Origin: Bdellovibrionota bacterium
Lineage (GTDB): Bacteria > Bdellovibrionota > UBA1018 > CAIPTA01 > JAALKR01
Assembly (NCBI GenBank): GCA_965207455.1
Contig: CBDBMJ010000003.1
Coordinates: 128,001 to 192,000 of the forward strand
Length of the DNA stretch: 64,000 nt
Direction of reading: 5' to 3'
Below are positions 58,098 to 64,000 of this stretch, one piece after another; the stretch's first letter is position 1, and every line of letters begins with the position of its first letter. The translations under genes and the position numbers were made by a program. The notes below the pieces were generated by a model. The model worked only from the letters and a program-made list of their open reading frames with translations, made no database searches and was not told where the DNA came from.

Positions 58098-59456
58098 CTA
58101 AAAGTTTATGCTCCACCTTATGCGGATTACCTTATGTCGAGAATACGCCCGTGCCGGATCAGTAGCCCCATGAAATTTTCTGTCCTCTATTTCCCTTTCA
58201 AGCGCCACTTCCGATCTCTTTCCAACAGGCAGTAATACTCCATAAGTTAATAACCGCTCATCCATATTGTTTGCCTTCCAATAGTCAAACTTTAAAAAAA
58301 GCTCAAGTGGATATGCTGTAACCAATGAAGCATGAACACCGAATACCTTAGCCACGTCTGATTTTACCTCTGATTCCCCTAGCCTCCACTGTCTATATTG
58401 AGGACCCAAATAAGGGGTGAGATCTATACCGCTATTAAAGACATCCGTAAAAGTTTTCTGCAAAAGGACATGAATAGATCGGTGATTATAATGATCCATG
58501 CCTTTTTCATCATCACCTTCCTGATAAATCCCAGCAGCAGTTACTACAGCCCAGCCAGCCAGAACATCTTTAGTCACTACCCCAAAGTTTCCAGTGAGTT
58601 TTCTATAGCCTGGATCTTTATCACCCTGCTTAGACTTAGTCGTGTAATAGGTCACTTCCAAAAACAGCTTATTTTTATCAGTAATATTACAATTTACCGA
58701 ACCACGTATTCTATATACACTTTGTTCAACGGTAGCACCAACCCTAGCTCTAAGATTTATGGAGGCATCTACCTTCCCGGTCAGATCAAATTCATTGCAT
58801 TGCCCTCCCCTGGAATCAACACCTGCTACTGTTTCCTCAACTTTTGCATCTGCTTCTGAACGTTCAAATTCAAATTCAGTTACTCTCAGGTAACCTAAAG
58901 CTGCAATGGCTCCAGACTCTGGATACGAGGACATCTCTTCCTCCATCTTCTTTGCTAGCACTATGGTTCCATTATTAGCCCCCTTGGCCTGCATAGAAGC
59001 TCCCGATGCTAACAAAAGCTGCACCATGGGTTCACACATTGAATCCAAACTTTTATATATTGCTGTTTCATCCTCACTATCCTGAAGATCCACAAGGTCA
59101 CGCCTCTTAGATAGGTATTCAGCAAAGGCCTTGAGAGCCCTCTCGTTCACCTTACCGTTAGAATAAAAGTTGTACTTTGGAGACTGCCTGCTAGCCATTT
59201 GGCTAACTGCCGCTACGTCACAACTTTCTGCGGATTCCATAAGAAGGTTTTTCCTTTTCATTGGAGTATAGCCAGATGTGGGGGCATAATAAGCATTAGC
59301 ACTCGCCTTTATTCCAAAAAGCTTCAGATCTAAGGACGAGAGCTTCTTTTCTTCTGCCATCGATACGGTAGAGACTAGGCTAGAGCAGAGAACGACAAAT
59401 AAAGATTGTAAGCTCCATTTGTATATTGTTGTTTGTTGTTGTTTTGTCATATTCAT
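58098..59456 (-). CDS. Exported protein with probable C-terminal beta-barrel
   Basis: Signal peptide, helical N-terminal part, amphipathic strands, terminal Phe. Confidence 0.6.
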   Translation of the reverse strand: MNMTKQQQTTIYKWSLQSLFVVLCSSLVSTVSMAEEKKLSSLDLKLFGIKASANAYYAPTSGYTPMKRKNLLMESAESCDVAAVSQMASRQSPKYNFYSNGKVNERALKAFAEYLSKRRDLVDLQDSEDETAIYKSLDSMCEPMVQLLLASGASMQAKGANNGTIVLAKKMEEEMSSYPESGAIAALGYLRVTEFEFERSEADAKVEETVAGVDSRGGQCNEFDLTGKVDASINLRARVGATVEQSVYRIRGSVNCNITDKNKLFLEVTYYTTKSKQGDKDPGYRKLTGNFGVVTKDVLAGWAVVTAAGIYQEGDDEKGMDHYNHRSIHVLLQKTFTDVFNSGIDLTPYLGPQYRQWRLGESEVKSDVAKVFGVHASLVTAYPLELFLKFDYWKANNMDERLLTYGVLLPVGKRSEVALEREIEDRKFHGATDPARAYSRHKVIRIRWSINF

Positions 59457-59492
59457 ATTTTATTTTTTATATTAAGCATCCTAATGCAGCGT

Positions 59493-59521
59493 ACTATAGC
59501 GGCAATAATGCATAATGTCAA
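59493..59521 (-). promoter_or_regulatory. Near-consensus sigma70 promoter with an ATGCAT box
   Basis: Minus strand TTGACA-TTATGCATTATTGCCGC-TATAGT. Confidence 0.75.
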
Positions 59522-59657
59522 TTCTTTTAGCAAAGAGTTTAATAAAAAAAAGTACCAAGGAAACAACTGTAAGAACAGTGCATTAGAGCCGGGTTCTGTT
59601 AGAACCCAGCTCCGGGAAGAATAAAAACGGGCATTATCAGACTAAAAAAGTTGCCTA

Positions 59658-61058
59658 TTAATGCGTGCCGTGGGTGTGCTCAGGACTCGAATGAATTTCA
59701 AACGAATCATATAGTGGCACGGTAAGGAGTTGGTTAATTTCTTCCCCTTCCAGTATAGCAAGGGTTCCCCACTGTTGTGTGGTTATACCTTGTTGTTCCA
59801 CAACCCCAGCATCTGTAAGTCTTAGGAGTTGTCCCTTCCATTTAGCAAAGTTCCGCACACCACTGGGCCAAAGCATATTTGTTTTGGTGATTTTATCTGT
59901 AAGGGCGTGGAACTTATGGACCTCTCCTGAGTTTGTGAGAACAAATAGCCCTTGTTCTCCATTAGGAGCAACGGTAACAAGCCTTTCGGCTCCCCAGATA
60001 CTTCCAAGGGAACGCGACCATCTACCATCGGGAAAGCGATAGCTGAATAGTTCTCCGGATTCGTTGATTACAACAAGGAAGCGTACATGCCCCACATCGA
60101 ATTCTTCCACGTCTAGGGTATTGTCTATCTGTTTTTCGCTTATATGAAAAAGTTTATAGTAGGAGTAATCATCTCCTATGCTTGCTTCCCCCTGATCCTT
60201 AGAATACAGGTCTAGGGCTAGGGAGTTATGAATATTATCAACGGAGAAAAGGCTAGCTCCAAAAGATGTTCTTTTCAATGTCCTTCCCTGGGCTATAGGA
60301 CCCAGTCTTTGAAGGGAATTTTCTCCATCCAGCAATATTGGTTGGGAGCTATTTTCAGGAAGCATTAAAAGAGCTTCTCTTTGAGAAACGGGGGTATTAT
60401 TAAATACAAAGTTAGAGCGACCCAAAGCCATTAAGCGAGCCATACTTTTATAAACGGGATGAAAATTTTCTCCTCGCAAAACAACCATGGCATAGTACTC
60501 CATTTCTACAGCATGGGATCCACCATACTCTATGCTCCGATCGCAACCGGATTGTCGGCTTCTCGAGTACGGTCCTTTCGTACAAGCAATATGGCGGTAA
60601 CCAGCGGTGTGACGGGCTTCATGAATAAATACACCCACACGCCCTAGGGAAGAAAGTGCGGCCCAGCCATTTTGCATCGTAAAGTAGCCGAAGGAATTAT
60701 AGGCTGTGGCGTGGGGAATATCGTGACCACGGCGTACTCCTCTTGTCATTCTAGTGGACCAATTATAATAATTATCCGAAGACACAAAGCCATTTGTAAA
60801 AACATTTTCCTCATTACCTGCAAAAGTTCCTTTTTCAATTAAGTAAAGGTCGTCGAAAAGTTTTTTTGTGTCTACCTCGGAATTACAATACTCCAGCCCT
60901 CCAAAACTTCTGGTATTAATATTAAAGTCCCGGACATAACGTCGAGCCACTTCAGCACGAATACAGGGGAAGTCGTCCCCTCGAAATGGCAGTGTTTCCA
61001 CTGCGATTACATTGTTTGTGAGTAAAAAAGCCCCTATTAGCGTCATCCATTGAATCAT
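59658..61058 (-). CDS. Secreted protein with HExxH zincin-like motif and beta-rich C-terminal domain
   Basis: RBS AGGAGG, signal peptide, FIHEARHTAGYRH, Cys pairs. Confidence 0.65.
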   Translation of the reverse strand: MIQWMTLIGAFLLTNNVIAVETLPFRGDDFPCIRAEVARRYVRDFNINTRSFGGLEYCNSEVDTKKLFDDLYLIEKGTFAGNEENVFTNGFVSSDNYYNWSTRMTRGVRRGHDIPHATAYNSFGYFTMQNGWAALSSLGRVGVFIHEARHTAGYRHIACTKGPYSRSRQSGCDRSIEYGGSHAVEMEYYAMVVLRGENFHPVYKSMARLMALGRSNFVFNNTPVSQREALLMLPENSSQPILLDGENSLQRLGPIAQGRTLKRTSFGASLFSVDNIHNSLALDLYSKDQGEASIGDDYSYYKLFHISEKQIDNTLDVEEFDVGHVRFLVVINESGELFSYRFPDGRWSRSLGSIWGAERLVTVAPNGEQGLFVLTNSGEVHKFHALTDKITKTNMLWPSGVRNFAKWKGQLLRLTDAGVVEQQGITTQQWGTLAILEGEEINQLLTVPLYDSFEIHSSPEHTHGTH

Positions 61059-61294
61059 ATTATCCTCCTTAATTTATCTACACTTCTAGTTAATTATAGG
61101 AAAAAAGCTTTGGGAAAAGATACTAACAAAAGCTTACTGACTATATTGCGCCACACTGTAATGAGTCTTAGAGGGTTCCAGTACGTAATTCACCGACTAA
61201 AGTTATTTTCTACTGGAAATGTACCCCCCTTCTATTTTATTCTTTACTTAGGGATTTCATTTATTTAGAGATTTTAACTGAGGAATTTTATAGA

Positions 61295-62458
61295 ATGGAA
61301 AATCTTTCACGATTTCCTCTAAAAGGAATGAACATGGCACCTATCTTAAAGGATGGGGACATCCTACTGCTATCTATGCAAACAAAAGATTCTCCAAGGC
61401 TGTGTAAGGAGGGAGATCTCATGCTTTCGCAGTCGGATGTGGGTTGGACGATCCACCGCCTTCTGTCTAAAGATAGAAAAAAAATATTTAAGATCGATTC
61501 TTCCCTTTGCTTCGACGTAGAGGATCCCGAAAAATATGAAAGTACGATTGTGGGTTTCCAACGCAATAACTTGACCTATTTCTGGGGACAAGAGGGTTTC
61601 CCTTGGCAAAAAAACATTGCCCGGCTTTCTGGTGCTCTCACAAAATCCAACAACAAAATTCTCCATTGGTTTTACCTGCGCCTCATGAAGTGGATCCAAT
61701 ATTTTCTGCTAGCATTTGTAGTGAAGAAAATGATCGTAAAGAGTAAATGGAGCGAGCCCATTGCTCCTCCCTCACTGGAGCTTTTTGAAAAAATAGATAC
61801 GCTCTTTTTAGGGCAACAAATACGGTATTGGACAATCAATGCTCCTGATTTTATGAACCAATCGAGCCTGCACCTATATGTGGATCCAAAACACTGGGAA
61901 GAGTCCATGGGCCTACTGGAGCAAATGGGAGGAACGGAACAACAAGCGCGTAGGGGAATATTTCAATTTGCTTCACACCAGTTGGTAACTCTCCATAAGG
62001 AACTTTTTCATGCTATGCCCATAGATTTGCTCTTTCAAAAAAATTCAAGGAGCACTTGCTTACACTCCATTCACTGGGCGCTGGAGCCCTGTGCAGAGGA
62101 TCGATTCGTATTGCTTTGTGGGCAAATACGGTACTTTTTTGATCCCACGCATCCCGACCCAAAAAACTTTTTACATAACATGGCACTGGTATTGGAAAAA
62201 GAACATGCCTTGGACTGGACCTACGTCCGGTTGCGTGCCCAGCAGTTACGCCTACAAAACTCTGTTGCTGTGGTGCTGTCTCTTTTGCGTCACCATTCCA
62301 GCAGCCCGTCCATAAAAATAGGGTATTTTCCCACTCGTCTCTTGGCTCCTTACTTTTTTTCTCCTGCAAGGTATGTGGTTAGTGGGAAGAGTGTGGAGAG
62401 TTACTGTAAGCGCCCTGGGCTTTCTGCCATTAATCGGGTATTGCTGTGGAGCTTTTAA
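61295..62458 (+). CDS. S24/S26 peptidase-like domain fused to a degenerate nucleotidyltransferase-like domain
   Basis: GMNMAPILKDGD...IHRL; LHLYVDP, LH.ELF, LDWTYVRLRA. Confidence 0.5.
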   Translation: MENLSRFPLKGMNMAPILKDGDILLLSMQTKDSPRLCKEGDLMLSQSDVGWTIHRLLSKDRKKIFKIDSSLCFDVEDPEKYESTIVGFQRNNLTYFWGQEGFPWQKNIARLSGALTKSNNKILHWFYLRLMKWIQYFLLAFVVKKMIVKSKWSEPIAPPSLELFEKIDTLFLGQQIRYWTINAPDFMNQSSLHLYVDPKHWEESMGLLEQMGGTEQQARRGIFQFASHQLVTLHKELFHAMPIDLLFQKNSRSTCLHSIHWALEPCAEDRFVLLCGQIRYFFDPTHPDPKNFLHNMALVLEKEHALDWTYVRLRAQQLRLQNSVAVVLSLLRHHSSSPSIKIGYFPTRLLAPYFFSPARYVVSGKSVESYCKRPGLSAINRVLLWSF

Positions 62459-62478
62459 GTTCTATGGCGAGGGCTTAA

Positions 62479-63081
62479 TTAGCGCCGATCGTTTAAAGCG
62501 CTTTGTCCCAAGCTTTTGTGGTGATTGCGATGCACAGAAAGTTTTTCCCGGTTTTCCTGCTCTTCCTTACAAGCAATACATAGTTCTGCTGTCGTTCGTG
62601 CTATTAAGCGAAGGGAATCAATGAGTTCGCCGCACTCCACACACTCGCCGTAGGTATTCTCCTTGATACGAGCCAATGCCTGATCCACTTTCCTGAGGTA
62701 CAGTTTTTCCCGGTTACCAAGGCGAGCGCTCATACTTTTTTCCACTTCGCTGGAGGCAAGGTCTGCTTCGTCGGAACGATCGTCCTGATCTGTGCTTAAA
62801 TCTGGCTTCATCAGTGTTTTATTCAAAATTTCTTCTTTATCTCTTAGCAGGAGAATCTCTGCGCACCTTGCAACTTGCTTCTTGGTGAGGAAGTGGCTTT
62901 TTTCCTTGACGAGAAGTTTGATCTCTTCTTCGGTGAAGCGCTCAATTTGTCTTTTAGTAAGGCGTTTGACTTCTTCTTCTTTGAAGCGTTTAATTCTTTC
63001 TTCTGTAGGAAGTACGAGTTGTTTTTTGATTTTTTTGGGACTCTTGTGTGTTGCTGCCCGGCTTACTTTCTTTTTTGTCAT
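62479..63081 (-). CDS. dksA: DksA/TraR family regulator with repetitive basic N-terminal extension
   Basis: DEADLA tip motif; CVECG...CIAC zinc finger. Confidence 0.88.
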   Translation of the reverse strand: MTKKKVSRAATHKSPKKIKKQLVLPTEERIKRFKEEEVKRLTKRQIERFTEEEIKLLVKEKSHFLTKKQVARCAEILLLRDKEEILNKTLMKPDLSTDQDDRSDEADLASSEVEKSMSARLGNREKLYLRKVDQALARIKENTYGECVECGELIDSLRLIARTTAELCIACKEEQENREKLSVHRNHHKSLGQSALNDRR

Positions 63082-63295
63082 AAATGCTTTCTCCGTTTTT
63101 GTTTTTTTTTGTGGTTCTTATGTGTAGTTAAAAAAACACGTTAAAACCGCAGTGTAAGAATACATTAAGATAAATTATACACTAATGTGGGAAGTCAGTT
63201 CAAATATTTTTTTTGAAAGGGAGCGCCCATTGCCTTGCGATATTTATGATGCGCATGTTTTTTCACTCTGCGCCTATCTTTTTATAAATTTTAAA

Positions 63296-64000
63296 TTACA
63301 TGGGAAGAAAGGATTTTTTCGACGATAGTTTTTCACAGGCACCAAGAAAGGGACCCCTATAAACTTCTTTTTCCATCCATTCTTTCTCTGAGTCTAAACT
63401 TTCTTCTGCAATCTTTTTATACCAGTAACGACGTTCGGGATTCCAACTATAGCCTTGTTTTTTTAAAAGATCCTTGCTTTGAAAAGGTGCGTTTAACGCT
63501 TTCATATAAACCATGGTTTTTTTTGCTCTGTCCAATAATTCCTGAAAATAGGGCTTTCCCGTCCGAATATCCGTCTTTAATAAAAGATTGAGTGTGGCAT
63601 TCACATCCTCCACTGCTCGGTGGGAGCGGACAAAAAATCCGTGCAACATGATCAGTATTTCTAATTTTCGGGACGACAAGCCTTTAGCTTTCCAATCCAC
63701 TTGAGTGAGGGAGCAAGCCCAAAGAGCCTCGGTGGTTATTTTTTTTTCAATAAACGGCCGATCAAATGCGGCATTATGGGCAATGATGAGATCCGACTGT
63801 TGGAAGAATGTGTGCACTTTTTCCCAGTCAATTGATTTTCCTGATAGCATTTCGTCGCTTAGGCCCGTTATATCCTGCACCTCTTGAGAAAGAGGCGTGC
63901 CGGGGTCTTCCAATTCGTTATAGGATTCGTTCACGCTCACAACTTCTCCCGTAGAGGCGTGGTATTGAAACTGACGCAAGCCAATCTCAATAATCACATC
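63296..64000 (-). CDS. DEDDh 3'-5' exonuclease (DNA polymerase III epsilon-like), N-terminus outside the window
   Basis: IIEIG, ITGL, IAHNAAFDRPF, HRAVED. Confidence 0.88.
   Translation of the reverse strand, partial: DVIIEIGLRQFQYHASTGEVVSVNESYNELEDPGTPLSQEVQDITGLSDEMLSGKSIDWEKVHTFFQQSDLIIAHNAAFDRPFIEKKITTEALWACSLTQVDWKAKGLSSRKLEILIMLHGFFVRSHRAVEDVNATLNLLLKTDIRTGKPYFQELLDRAKKTMVYMKALNAPFQSKDLLKKQGYSWNPERRYWYKKIAEESLDSEKEWMEKEVYRGPFLGACEKLSSKKSFLPM

Noticed and set aside
384..63887. Numerous short antisense and alternate-frame ORFs in the six-frame track
   Set aside because: They overlap well-supported genes and lack ribosome-binding sites or recognisable motifs.

Overview
Bacterial chromosomal window, probably from a Bdellovibrionota/Oligoflexia-like organism (inferred from gene content only). 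Housekeeping genes include ruvCAB, tRNA-Lys, tRNA-Glu, ald, ffh, rpsP, khpA, etfBA with an Fe-S oxidoreductase, amgK-murU, mtnA-mtnP, HU, IHF and dksA. Accessory blocks: (i) a four-gene operon of secreted Gly/Ser-rich proteins that share an exactly spaced C-terminal motif (25.3-31.2 kb); (ii) an amplified array of four paralogous secreted 'VPAG' proteins interleaved with two subtilase-CUB proteases (39.1-46.5 kb); (iii) an insertion between ffh and rpsP carrying an RCC1 lipoprotein with a sigma28-like promoter, an IS4-family element and an FGE/C-type-lectin-fold lipoprotein; (iv) a 120-bp duplication of the tRNA-Glu 3' end with stacked hairpins, beside a Fic gene; (v) a candidate ceramide pathway (SPT-like, bCerS-like and CerR-like genes). 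No CRISPR array, rRNA, reverse transcriptase or integrase was seen. All assignments come from motif recognition by eye; no database searches were run.
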